A stretch of DNA of 60,110 nt, counting the filler, from Sphacelaria rigidula (lineage: Eukaryota): assembly GCA_964200075.2 (NCBI GenBank). It is 4 parts of 4 records of this genome, joined end to end, with 100 filler letters (N's around TTAATTAATTAA, not from the genome) between each part and the next. Parts side by side here need not be neighbours in the genome. Positions count along the whole stretch, not along the records: positions 30,114 to 45,064 come from CAXNAA020001978.1; positions 45,165 to 60,110 come from CAXNAA020001979.1; 2 more parts are not named here. One strand, given 5' to 3'. The notes beneath the pieces were generated by a model. The model ran no database searches. It was given only the letters and a program-made list of their open reading frames with translations, and was not told the DNA's origin. A program made the position numbers and the translations under genes. How positions within the stretch are numbered: position 1 is the first letter of the stretch; each line of letters begins with the position of its first letter. Shown here in pieces: positions 35,301 through 56,399 of the stretch.

Positions 35301-38300
35301 GGCTGCAACGGCAGACACCCTGGTGTTCAGGGGGTATAGTGATGGCGCGGGAGCTAGCGCAAGCCCAATCACGGTTGCTTGTTCCTCCACTGCCGCTGCA
35401 TCTATCCTACCTTCTTGCCGCCGGCGTGCCGCCGTTGACACAAAACTTGAGCAGGGAATGGCGTGCGGCATCTTGCAAATCACCGTAGCCCCCAGATGTA
35501 ACCCTTCGAAGTTACCTCCGAGGAGACACAGGACTGCCACCACGCGATCGAAGTCTTCGGTAGGTAATGACTTTTCGAGGGCTTGTGCAAAAATCGAGGT
35601 ATCTCTCTCGTTCTCTCTGCTTGCATTCCCAGAGACACCATCGCACGCCCTGTTGTCGACGGCCCCAGCGCCACCAACGCCGAATGCCACCATCGGGCCC
35701 ATCGCCGAGATCCCCTTCGTTTGTAACCCACCTCGCATATCGTCACAACTCTGTGGGTTCCCCATTTCATTATCTTGACGACCTTTCTTAGCTCTCGCCC
35801 ACTGCAGTTTCTCTTCAAGAGCCTTTCGGCCCTGCACAGTGGTCACAAGGGGACGCGACCGGAGGAGCCACGCGCACACCACTTCCGCCATCTCCCTGGC
35901 CCAGGCCTCCCACCGACCTGGCATGCGGTACTGTGCGTCTCGTCCAGCGTGTAGGTCAGCCGGCTCCGACACGAGTCCACGCATGAGCGACAGAAGTTCC
36001 GAGGAAAGGCTGCAGGACGATCGTATGAATGGCAGTGGCACGGGAACAGTCAGTACGCTCTCAGTACTCATGCGGTGAACCAAAAAAACGCAAACTAACC
36101 AGGCGGGGTCATCGGGGAAGGAGGAACCCGTGCGCCCTGAACTAAAAGCCTAACCGGCTGCTGCGAAGATGTTATGCACAATATGCGGACACACAAAGAA
36201 GCAGATGGCGTGTATACACCCAGATTATCGAGGGATGAAATTTGAGCGCTCAATCGCGCTCAACTGCCGATCTACCATACCATCGTCGAAAATGTGAACT
36301 TCGGCGAGACAAAAACAAAGTTGATTCAGCGGCAACGGCGTATGAGGTGCGCGACTTCAGCGACGCCCGAATTTTCGTCGGTGAGTACCAGGCAACACAT
36401 GTCACAACATCACCAAGCGGCTCGAAATACGTCGGAAACGCATGCAGAACCGTTCCCCCTCTGCCCGTCCTTTCCAACCACCAACCCCCGTTTGCCCGGC
36501 GTACCAGAAAGCCTCCTGCGCAGAAATGCGCGCGTGTGTCACAAGACCATGCGGTCGCAAAAAGTCCAGCATATCAGTTACAGCCGACCCGCGCTCCTGG
36601 TCATCCAAGCCAACATCGCCGACGCTGTCCGCAACGGAGGCATGACGCTGTGGGCTCGGTGGCGACACACTTATAAAATTTTTCCACACGCCGACAATCT
36701 TGCCAACAACGAGCAGACAACCTTCAACGAAGGAGCCATCAAACGTTGGGTCTCGCTCTCGCACGATGCATCTGTTGAAATGCAGTTTTTTCGGAAGAAT
36801 TGAGCAGCGGCGTGAGTGCTCAACATGCGTTGGATGTGGGGTAATGGAACATAGGTAATCAGCGCGCCCTTGCGGTGGCACGTGAAGCCCTCAGCCAGCG
36901 GATACTCATATCTCTGGACAGAGACAGCGGCGCAAGAGAAGCAGACCAGGACGGACTCCGCGCACTACTTCACTGAACGGGAGGCGTGGACAACACAAAA
37001 TCTTGGCGAAAAACCGTTCGCTACTGCTCTGTTTTACTGTCAGACGAATCCGCCACGCGGCAAGAAAGTAGTTGACGCGCTGGCACACGATCAAAATGCA
37101 TTTCGCTTTCGAACTGACATCTCCCTGTAACGTTGGCCGACAGGGGACGAGCTGCCCCTCTCCCACCCGCGCTCCTTGCAAACATTCGCTCTTCGGGAGG
37201 CTAATCAATCGTCACCTAACAACATATGTCGCGCCATGACATACAGCAGTTGTGGTTCCTGTATCCGCTCATATCTCCGCGTTCTCGAACGTATACTGCT
37301 GAATTCGTATGCTACATGAACAACCGCCACAGCTGGACTTGGCCGCAAAGAGAAGCCTCTCTATTACACTGCAACTCACCTGAACTCATGGTCCACCACG
37401 TGGGGTTCCACCCATGCCAGCGTCACCCGGCACACCCGTAAGGCTAGCGCCCTATTCTCGGCCGAACCAAGCAAGACCAACCTCAATAATGCCCGCACAG
37501 TGGGCGCATTCGAGAAAGTCTGCCTACCGAACTCCGTCCGGCAGCACGCATGCACGAGCGCCAATATATGCGCTGTTGACGACGGTTGCGGTCGGCGACC
37601 ACCATTTTCAAATCGCCGGGTTGACGTCACCCGTCCTGCATGTCTCTCTCCTTCGCGTCTTCGTTCTGCAGTATTCGACAATAAATCAGGGTAGGGATCC
37701 GGGCGGCTGCCTGCCCTCGCGCGAGCTGGGGGTGGAGGCTCGGCGGCAATCGCGGCCACCTCCTCAGCAAGGAGAGGTCGATCCCAAGCCCAGACGCCGG
37801 CCAGCACGCCACCGTGGATCGTTCTTCTCGGGGAAGCATGGAGAGGAGGTTGGCCGAGATAAAGCGGCCAACGGCTGACGTCAGCACAAGCATGCTGCTG
37901 GTGGTTGATGCCGATACGGCTGACCCCGGCAGCGCCAGCGTCCACGGACGAAGGCTCAGGGAGCACCGGCAGCCGGCCCTCAGCGATTAGACGGAAGCCG
38001 TAGTCGTTGTTAGATCCATCACTGTGAAAGTGTACCAAGAAGGACGCGGCGGGAATCTCGAGGGGCGGTAAGTCTACCCCGGGCCAGTTGGAGGCACTGC
38101 CAGCCTGCCCTCCGTGGTACTTGTCCAATCCCCATGTCTGCGACGGTGGGAAATACCGGTGTGACGGACAAAAGGAGCAAAAATCAAGAAGAGATCTCAC
38201 AGGAGCCGGGGCCCACATTGAAGGGAGCCCATATGAAAGGAAAGCAGTGAGAATGGTAAGTGATATCAAGTACAACAGCGAACGGGGGGTACCATGTATT

Positions 38301-41300
38301 CGCGACAAGCATCACGACAACCGACAAAAAGTTGCAAGACTATACCAGCTCAAGAACGACTCAACACCCGGTGCGGGACGTTTTGAAGGCCTCACAAAAG
38401 TTGAATAAGCAAGACAGACACATAGTCCTCACCCACCACTCCGTACCCAAGTTGGCGGAACGCCAAGGGGAACGCTGGCGGTTACCCGTGAGCGACTGCC
38501 CCGCATTTTCTACCCCGAATACAACACGGAGCAGAAAGACAAGACACACAAATACACATAACAGCTCTACGACCGTGGTATGCATGTGCTCCGCTCGTAC
38601 TCGTGTGAGCGGGAAACCGGAACGACCCAAGGATGCCGTAACCCCACCTGCGTTCTCGTGTCATCCTTGTAGAAACGTACGAAGTCGTAGTCGGGCTCAG
38701 TTTTACTCTTCGGATCAAAACGTACCGTTACGCTGATCGCTCCAGGGATGTGCACCTCCCAAAAGTCGTCGGCGGAATTTGGATATGGGTGTGCACTCTC
38801 TACTTCTTTCACCGACACCCTGTAGTCGGGGCCCGAGCGCCGTATGAGGTACGGAGGTAGCTGTCCAGATCCACAAGATTGGCCGTTGAGAAAAAGGCGG
38901 ACATCCGACGAATCTTGAACAACCGCAACGTGGAACCATCCCGGCGCCCGGTCACAACCGCGTGGAGGGGTAGCCGTGCCGTTGTAGTGGTCAGGTTTGG
39001 ACAGCCCCGTGCAGTCGTTAAAAAGCGCATTGTCGGGGCTGGAGACATTCACCTCCGACAAACCCCCTGCGCCAACAAAAAAACGCAACGCTCCGGCTGA
39101 AGAAACCTCGATACCGAGGCGATTCCAGCTATCCCTGGTTTCCACCTGCCCAAGCAAAACTTCATTCCCTTTGAATAGTAGGATCCCTCCCGGTTGCGGA
39201 CAGAGCGCCGAGTCTTCAGCGTTCATTCCATCGCTTCGGCGCTTCAAGCTCTCGAGCGTGTCGCCGTCGACTGGTGCAGACGAAGAGGAACGCGGCTCGT
39301 TAGCTCTTGAGCTGTCACTGCCCTCGCCTTCGCCCTCTGCGACTGTCGGCCTCACGTACGACATCGGATTCCCACTTGGCTCGGTTTCCTCGTCGCCTAT
39401 AGGTTCGCCGCCCGGGGTTGCGGAGAGGGCACCACCACGTTCTCCCTCCGCAATATTATCGTTGCTGGTACCACGTAAGTGCTGTTCTTGTGTCGACTTG
39501 GTGACCAGCACCAAAGAACCGTCAGCGTACCGACTTGCGTAGCCTTCCATCGGCCGTGAGACGCGGACAAGCCGACCGCATACCACGAGCGGGTGGTCAG
39601 CCCAGTCCCGGTGAGGGGGCACGACCTCGACGTCCGCTCCGGCGCTCAGCGTTCCCACATACTCCGAATATAGACTAGGGTCTCGACGCACGACACAACT
39701 CACCCCCGAGGGGACAACGTACAGAGTTGTGGAGAAGGCGGCGGCCTCCCCGGGCGTAGCAGCCGCATCTTCCCCCGGAAGCAGGCCAACAGCGCGACCA
39801 TTCAACGCGCTGGTACTATTCTGGCCCCCCATCGCTGTGTTCGGTGCCGCGGTGGGCGGAATGAAGACCCACAGCGACAGTGTGTTGCGTGTGCTGATGG
39901 GAAAATGAGGAACAACTACTCCCGCTTGATTAGCACGGAGAGCGAGCGGGCCCTCGAGCAGAGCTCTGCCGCCTGGAGGACCATGCGCCGTCGCCGACTC
40001 GAGCGACATAGTCTTCAAATGCAACAAGGGCTGTGGTGTCTCTGCGTCGGCCACCTCCTGCAACCTGCTCCCAATAGCAGCAAGGAACGCTTCCTGAAAG
40101 CGGCTCCGCGATCCTCGCTTTCCTTCAGCACTCACCATACCACTGCCGATCTCCCCATTCACCAGAACAACGCAACGGTAGAGGGCTTGCATTGCTTCAG
40201 AAGCCGCTGTCGCCACCGACGGATCGGGGTCGTCCAAGAGTGTCACCACGCATGGCAGAATTTCACTGCTGTGCAGGATATTGACGTCATCAGCCTCGTA
40301 GTCCATGGCGATCACCCGAAGAGCTTCCATGCGAACGGCTTGTGCTTTCTCGAATGCACCGAAACGGTTTTTCACCTCCGAATCGCGACTCCCGCCGCCA
40401 CTGCCACACCTACGGCCCTCCCTACCTTGCCGTAAAACACTCGCGCACTTTCTAAGAAATTTTCTCACCAATTCCGTCAGTTGCGTCTTCGATCTCGCGT
40501 CACAGCAATGCAAACCCGACATAAAATGCAAGCCCCCACCGGCGGCAAATTGGTCGCCAACTGCATTGGCTCCGGAGCTGTCCTCGCGTCTTGATCCGCT
40601 AGGAACGTTAACGGACTCGACCTTGACCTGTTCAGATGCGCCCCCTCGACCCACCGCGATGCGGTTGGTGGTACCCGTTTCAAAGCACGCCATTACCAGG
40701 CCATCACCCACTGCCCTCAGCACCTCGGCGGTCGCTTGACCGGACGTTGTTCCCGCAAGCAGTTGCTCAGCGAGCGAGAATCCCCGAGAACGGCTCGTCG
40801 CCCTGGCACTCCGCAGCTGGATGATGCGCAGAAGTACACTTGTATCCCCAATTTGTGAAGCAGTGTCAGCCGAGAGATTATCCTCCTCAACGGCGGCCTT
40901 GCTGTCCCCGCGACTTGCGGCGACCGGTAGGGCTGGTTTGTTTGTCTGAAGTAGAAACTGTAAAACATGCTCGCTTGCCACACGAGTGCACTCCAAGCCG
41001 GCTACAGCGACATCTACCATGCCTGCGCCGTGAGTGACCTTTGTAGATGAGGACGATGGCCTCGGCGACGGCAAAGAAGACGCATGTTCGGTCAACTGCT
41101 GCCCCAGCGATGTCAACGCCCAGGGCTCGAGGAGCACCAGAAAGGACGCCCGCCTGATCAGACACGTCCTGTCGCGGTCCGGCGAAGCCCCATTTTGCAG
41201 CCAGAATCGCACCTGCTGTGCGGATCTCCAAGCGCGAATCAATGCCGGCGGGATGATCGCAACACTCTTATTAGCTATTGATTTGCCGGTGCTGCCGGTC

Positions 41301-42115
41301 GTTGACGGTCGCCTGCCCGCCAGCTCTGCCCGAGCAACCTCCCACGCCACAGACGTGAGGCCAGCATGATGGATCACAGCCGCAGCCACAGCCCAGACCG
41401 CCTCATTTATGCCTTGGTCCCGTCCCTGATCCTCCCGCACCACACGCTTCATCGCTGATGCTAACGCGCGAGACGCCGGATCCGACGGGGGTCCGCAAAG
41501 GTCAAGCACAAGATTTCTTCCCCGTGGGTCCATCGGAAGCTCCTCAACTGCAATAGACTCGCGGCCAGAGGACTTCAACCTGCGATCTGGGTAGGACAGG
41601 GAACCGGGAAGGACGCTACGATCCATGCTCGCTTCCTCATCATTGTCACTTGAAGCAGTCTCATCAAACCTCATCACCTCTGAATCTCCAGGCTCCGCGT
41701 CCCACTCTTGAAAACCGGCAGCCAGGGGGTGGCCTTGACGCCTCAGCGGTTGCATCACGCCATGAAGAAGGAGCGGATGACGTAACCATTGCGCGTTGTC
41801 CCTCTCGTCCGATATTCTTGGCTCGCCTCTTACCAATATCTTTACCATGCCCGCCCCAAGCACGGCGCACAAGACTTCTAGTCGCACCAACCAGTGTCGA
41901 CTAGCGTCTGAGGGTAACTCGTCATATCCTGGAGTTCCTCCTTCCGCCAACGTCGATCCCGCGGACGAGGGTCCTTCAAAACAAACACTCGCACAGTCGT
42001 ACCCACCCTGCCGCCAACTTTCCTTTCCAAAGAACAGGACCATTTGGTGGGAAACGGGCGAACCTTCGACCACCTGGACGATGTCGACAACGGCCAAGAC
42101 GGCACGAGGCAGCAC
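32334..42115 (-). CDS. Internal part of a giant HERC/HECT E3-ligase-like scaffold protein with LamG/concanavalin, SH3-like and two CUB-like modules (catalytic HECT domain not seen in window)
   Basis: Phase-consistent exons ~42000-38648, 38137-37380, 36771-36505, 36009-34556, 34292-34168 and 32693-~32334. CUB-like motifs: ESAHPY...HIPGA..VTVRFDPKSKTEPDYDFVRFY...NWPG...VHFHSDGSNNDYGFRL, and a second ESEHPY...IKGA..ISFDPRS...WPGV...AWGFRL. LamG motif: WFHVAVVQDSSDVRLFLNG. The 5' boundary of the first exon is uncertain. Confidence 0.75.
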
Positions 42116-43372
42116 ACGATCGACTCAAGAACGGTCAAAACCAAACTTGACACGATACCTGTGTTCGCTTCCCTACCTCGACTGCACTCTTGCGACGACT
42201 GCGACACATGTTCCCATACATACTCTGGTTTACGGCGTTTGCCTGAATGCGGCTACTGATTAGTTTTTTGGATCCTACCCAGCATCACCATCATTATTCG
42301 CGTTTGAAACAAACATAACCATTGAGGAGAAGAAAAACATAGAAGTTCCATCTACACCACCGTAGGATAAGGTTGTGACTGGAATTACTCAAGTATTCAA
42401 TTTTGTAAACGGGATGGAACCCTTGCTGACCGAAAGCGACTCTCGGTCCAACGCTGGTCCGAGAATGACTCTCACTTGTGAGATACAGTGAGCCCCCAAG
42501 CTAGATTTGCGAGCTCGGGAAAGTTATGCAAAATATTAATATTAAAAAAAAGATTAGGGGGCGTCTTTATTCAGCACGACCTTGTGACGTGACGTGTACC
42601 ACTGGCTAGGTGGCGTTCTGGCGGAGACAGCCCACAAGGCAGACGGTTCCCAACAATTCCCACTCGTCGAAAGTATTGGTCATTGAAAAAGTAACCCCTT
42701 TCCGCCCACCACACACATAGTGTACTCACAATGGAATCGACTGGCATCTAGTACAGACAAGCATCCTGTCACGCGCATCCAGTCGAACGCAAACCTTTGT
42801 CCAAATGGATGCACAAGTGGCCCTTTTATCTCCGAGGGAAAACCGAAAAAGTCGGGACTGTTTGCTCGGGTAGATACCATCCAGCGTAGTTTTTTCCTTC
42901 ACTTTATTTGCAGATCCGTCTTGAAGATTATCGCTTGCGCCTTGAAAGCGCTGTCACGACTCGGTCCCGGGTATCCCTCAGTCACAAACATCACCCTAGA
43001 GCGCTTGTGAGCAGCTCCGCGGTTAGGCGGAGGCCATGAACTCTCAACACCGATTCGTATTTGAAACAAGACGTGAGGATATAGGTCGATTGTGAACTCA
43101 GTCGAGAAGCCGAATCCGAGGTCAGGTTTTGGCTCAGATACCATGGATATGGATCCCCGCACGAACGCTTGCTATCTGACTGTGCTGCTGCTGCTGCAGC
43201 AACTGCCGCTCTGCTTCGTAAACTACGCTATTGCGCAGCAACGCACAGGGCGCATACATTGCGCCAACGGCGCACGTTTCTGACTGGCCCAGAGACGAGC
43301 TGGGGCGAAATCCATGCTCACTGCCAGTGTTGGGCCGCGCAATAGTGCTGTATGTGCACCACAATATACGAA

Positions 43373-43415
43373 GTGTACTCATGATCATGCATGCCATAGT
43401 CATAAGACCATTGAT
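43373..43415 (-). mobile_element. LINE 3'-end stub, family B
   Basis: Same ~42-bp core. Confidence 0.55.
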
Positions 43416-44525
43416 GGAATGGACGAAGATATGAGCAGGTGCCACAAAAGATGCTGCGAAAAAACCGTAGTGGTTCAGAGATAGCAAGATAGCGTCGAGA
43501 ACATGCAGAGAAAAGAGATTGCCAACTGCAGTTGATAGGGCTGTATGGAAGAAAGCTACGAAAGGGCAGGCTGGAATAAGGTGGGATAGAGAAGTCGGGA
43601 AAGTATGGAAAGAAATAAGAAGAAACCAAGACGAAATACGCACAATTTGAAACTGCCATTTCGGGTGGGGTTCCTGAACCTGCCAGGAAGAAGAAGGAGA
43701 TATACCAGTAGTCGAAAGGAGGAAGACATACAAGCTGGTTCAGATTGAACACCCAAAATTTATTCCCCGCCTAATGAACGCAATACCCAGCCAATATTCA
43801 CAAATATGGTATCATACTGACCGCAATGAACAGACGAAAAGGGTGACATAGCCAGATTTTTGTTCAAGGCTGCAGCGGTGGCGGTATGGACAAAAATATG
43901 TCTCGACCAATCAGCGCCTTTCAAATTGTTCCGAAATTGAAATTACCCGAATGCCAAGCCCAATTTCCACCGAATCTCCACATGGTTCAAATCGTAGTAA
44001 CCGTCATCAGCTTGGGAACCTAGCGGGAGAAACAGCGTTGAAAACGGTTCCAACGGGGTCGAATTTTGCCCGAAACGGTAATGTTTCGGTGATGTGAAAC
44101 TTTGGCGTCGTCTAATTTCCACTCATGATACATACGAAAGACCCACGGAGCCTCGAGACGATTTCCCTTTTATCTGTTGGAGAAAAGCTCAGATCACACT
44201 CAAACTTGGCACTTCCGTAGGTATTGATGCTCCAAATGGAAAAATTATATTCTTGGCGAAAGATTTCAAAGTTTTTCCGTTCTCTACCGGCTTCCGGGGG
44301 TCCCAGCATAAAGACCCCAGGAAACCGGTACAGAATGCCCCAACACCAAAAATTTGACATCTTAGGGTTAGGTGGTATCCCAAGGAACCTGTGTACCAAT
44401 TTTCGTTGCTCAACTCAAAAATCTTAATCGGCTGGGTCTTTTACCGTAAAAACAACCCCCCAAAATGGCGATTCTTTACTTTTATGAAGTAATTACACCT
44501 TTTTGTACTTCAGCACACGTTTTGG

Positions 44526-44806
44526 CGTTTCCTCGCGCCGTTTTTTCGAGTTAGACCACGAAAATTTGCACACATGTTCTGGAGGGCACTATCTAAAACT
44601 CGAAGACCTTTTTTTTTGTTTGGTGGTGGCTTTTTATCCAAGGTCGCGGTTGACCTACTTGACCGGGGGAGGGGTCAGATCCCGACTATCCCGACACCAA
44701 CAGAACTAAATTAAAAAAAAACGGTCTTCGAGTTTTAGATAGTGCCCTCAAGAACATGTGTGCAAAATTTCGAGGTCTGACTCGAAAAAACGGCGTGAGG
44801 AAATCC
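44526..44806. repeat. Inverted repeat, ~85-bp arms with ~95-nt loop
   Basis: CGCCGTTTTTTCGAGTTAGACCACGAAAATTTGCACACATGTTCT..GGGCACTATCTAAAACTCGAAGACC versus GGTCTTCGAGTTTTAGATAGTGCCC..AGAACATGTGTGCAAAATTTCGAGGTCTGACTCGAAAAAACGGCG. Confidence 0.85.
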
Positions 44807-44844
44807 CGGGGAATGAATTTTGGGCGTTCAGTCTGGACCAGCTC

Positions 44845-45064
44845 GCAGGTGCACAGAATTGCCTCTGTGGCAAAGCAATAGAAAGCAGAAGCCATATAGT
44901 GGCAGAATGTGAACTAAACAAGGAGGAACGGGACGTGCTAGAGGGGAAAATGCGGGACGTGAACGACGGTGACATGAAATCGTTCGATGCATTAGACGGT
45001 AGGGAGACAACGATGGCTATACTAGGAGATAGATGGTGGCCCGAGACGGCGAAACAGGACGGGG
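44845..45064 (+). mobile_element. LINE ORF2 C-terminal zinc-knuckle fragment (cut by scaffold end)
   Basis: AQNCLCGKAIESRSHIVAECELNKEERDVLE has the C-x-C-G-x3-E-x3-H-x4-C pattern of non-LTR retrotransposon C-terminal CCHC domains. Confidence 0.7.
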
Positions 45065-45164
45065 NNNNNNNNNNNNNNNNNNNNNNNNNNNNNNNNNNNN
45101 NNNNNNNNTTAATTAATTAANNNNNNNNNNNNNNNNNNNNNNNNNNNNNNNNNNNNNNNNNNNN
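45065..45164. other. Artificial scaffold linker
   Basis: N44-TTAATTAATTAA-N44. Confidence 0.98.
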
Positions 45165-46322
45165 CCCTCCCGGAGGGCATTTTTTTAGGAAAATTCCATC
45201 ATTTTTCTTTTTCCATTGGTTGAATATTTTTGCGAGAAGTTGGTCAACAAACACTGACAAAATCCAAAAGTATGGTGGGCTTTGCGGGGTTCATATATTT
45301 GCTTCTGCTCCTTGCCCGCTCTGTCCCGATGACCTCAGATGCCGGCTACGCTCACACTCAGTTTGCACATGAGCGCACGGTAGCGACAGCCTGTAGCCAA
45401 AGTAGCAACAATATCTCACGCCTGGCCAAACTTACCCGGACTGCTGGTGAGTACTTGAGGCACACGACACGGAACATGATCCCATAAGTATAATAATGGT
45501 GAGTGATAACCTTGAGGAGGGCGGCGTGTCCGCCATCTCAGCGGTCTCCATGCCAAGGATTTCGTAACTGAAGGGGTGAAAGCAAGAGAACCGAGAGAAA
45601 TATTTTTGCCAGCTTTCGCCAGCTCGTAGTTTGAACATATTGAACTGTCGTCGTGTATCGAACGCGGTTGTGCGTCTTGCCTTGCTGGCGGCGCCCGGTG
45701 TCACTGCAAAGAGGAGTCCCAGAAGAAATAGTTTTCAACCACGCTTCAGTGGGCATGTGCAGAATATTTCACGTTACAACGGCAAAAAGAGCGATACACG
45801 CAGCAGCTATGAAAATAATGGCTACATCTTGGCTACATAGTCAATAGAATGCGCAGTACGGCATAACGGAATACACCTAATAATAACGTTCGTGTGCAAC
45901 AAGACCATATGGTCAACTCAAAGTCAGGTGATCCCTATCCTTGCAAGTTGAACGAGGTGAGCCGATTTTTCAGCGAAATCGGATAGATAAAACTTGCAGA
46001 TTACCTGGCAATTCTGATTATATAGTTTCAGACGGTAATAACCAAGTGGTACTTCGTGAATTCATGAAATGCACGCAGCAGATGATGTAGACCGCTCCGA
46101 AATCGAGCGCAGACAGCAGAAACGGGTAGTTCTCCAAGAAAAGCACGCTGAGCTCATCATACTGCGATTTGAAAAATCCACTCGTCGACGCTACCATCGT
46201 TACAATAATACTCGGAAGGGAAACACTGCGACGCTCTTGTATCCATCTTGTAAACAGCTGCTTAGGAGTGCGCAAAGCTTTGCCAGCAGGATGCATGCAG
46301 AGCTCGCCCATTGGTTACGGGA

Positions 46323-54597
<8,275 letters not shown>

Positions 54598-55036
54598 ATT
54601 TAGCTAGAAATAGTCAGGCTTTTGTGTCGCCGCTGCTTTCCCGCACTGCTGAGATATTTAGCATATGGATGACAAGTAAACAAGCAAGACTGTACTGTGT
54701 ACTGTGTGGCTGCCCGCCGGTGGATCTCTCCGCAATTTTTGCGGAATGTTACGTTACGGTTCAACAGAGTGTTGAAGCTGGACGGCAAAAAACCGGACGA
54801 AACCGTCACTTTGTGCGGCGTAATGATGTACCGGTCACCCCGGCGGCTCAGGCAGTGTCTTATCAATTTGTTTTTGTGTCGAAAACGAGCGGTCGAATCG
54901 AATTCGCACCTTTCTGTTTCGTCCACACTATATATTTTCTCAGACGGTTGAGAACATGGATGCCGTGGACGTATCAGGTAAGAGCAAATTCGATTCCATC
55001 GTACGTTTTCGAGTCGAAGACAATTTGATCAGACAC

Positions 55037-55395
55037 GGCCTCACTTGGTAGTTGGTAACCTCGAAACCTTCTGACGCTTGGGTCGTTGGTTCGCATCTCG
55101 GTGCAGTCACACGACCTTTTCCTCAAACCATGCCCAACAGTGGGCAGAGCGACTGCAGTATGTCGTAGATACACAAAATTCGACCATACGGTCGACGAGG
55201 GAAAGGGACTGCTGAACTCCTCTCGCGAGAAAAAACAAAGGCAAGCACCGCCGAAGGAAGGTGGGATACTAAAACAAGAAAAAAAATGAAAACTCCTGTG
55301 TGTTGGCCTTCCTCCTGCGTGCGACCCCGGCTGCTGCACCCACATATACCGAAAGGTGTAGACTGGCGCCCAGAATATATGGGATGGCAACATAC
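55037..55395 (+). mobile_element. Near full-length (~360 bp) tRNA-headed SINE
   Basis: Head AGTTGGTAACCTCGAAACCTTCTGA...GGTTCGCATCTC. Body CACAAAATTCGAC...GAGGGAAAGGGACTGCTGAAC...CACATATACCGAAAGGTGTAGACTGGCGCCCAGAATA. The body also occurs at 21596-21820 and 11552-11620. Confidence 0.75.
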
Positions 55396-56399
55396 GCACT
55401 ACGATGGTGCACCATCATGGGTGCACCGTCTGTATCGCGTCCGTAGGACAAATCGCAATGGATCTGAGGAAGACAAAAGTCCCTCTAGAGTAGTGACGGT
55501 TGACATGAAGTGGCATCAATGCCACCTATAGACCTGCCGACCAGTCGAGATATTCGCCTTGCGTGCTCGTGCGCTAGGCACCTTCATGTAGTAGATATTC
55601 AATATATTTACCGTTGCAGCGGCCGTCATTTGGACATGAACTTCCGCTGCAGCCTACTGCCTAGTAAGCATGTCTTCGGCCGCAAAGTAACAATCCACTT
55701 TGTTGAGCAGAGCATGGGCCCTGCTACGGTACTTCGTGATTCCCAACCGTTGCTATAACACGTACACCAGCGATAATTAAACGCGGACCGTCCACATCGA
55801 TGATGTAGTGGGCAACGCGGGGAAAATTTAAAGAACTGACCGCTTCATGATGAACAAAATCAGTGGTATCAATGTTGTATTGAAAATATTAAGATAAATG
55901 AGTTGACAGAACGATTCGAATTTTCCCAGTTGCTGTGCTATTGGCGCAGGCAACTCCACGGTACAATACCGATCGTCCGCATCCACACAAGACAAGGTGA
56001 ATCCTGTAAAACTCGAAGTGAACGATGACTATACAATCACCAAATACACGTAGTTTCAGCTTCAGTGTTGAGTTCGATGAGTGGGCTGAGCTACCCAAAT
56101 TGGTTGGTGGCTGTATAGCGTGTGCTTGTGCTGCTCATGCACTTTGTCCTGCCCCAAACCTTGCTGTTGTTGCGCTACACATTGCGCGCGATATTAATCG
56201 ACATGAAGAAACGGGTGAGGATCGCTCAGGCTTTTACCTTACTGGCCTCCCGTTTTGCTTCCAGCAGTCGTATAAACAGCAGCGGCTACTTTTCTTGTTG
56301 GTTGTTGAAATGTTCACCATCGCGAAAAAGCATATATGTGGAGCATACCTCTTTGCAGTGACATATCAGAGACCGATGCCACACATTTTGCAGACCCAG

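Noticed and set aside
42125..42127. In-frame TGA just upstream of the 1182-aa ORF as possible selenocysteine or readthrough
   Set aside because: The exon 5' boundary is ambiguous, with a plausible acceptor downstream near 41974, and there is no SECIS or redox context.
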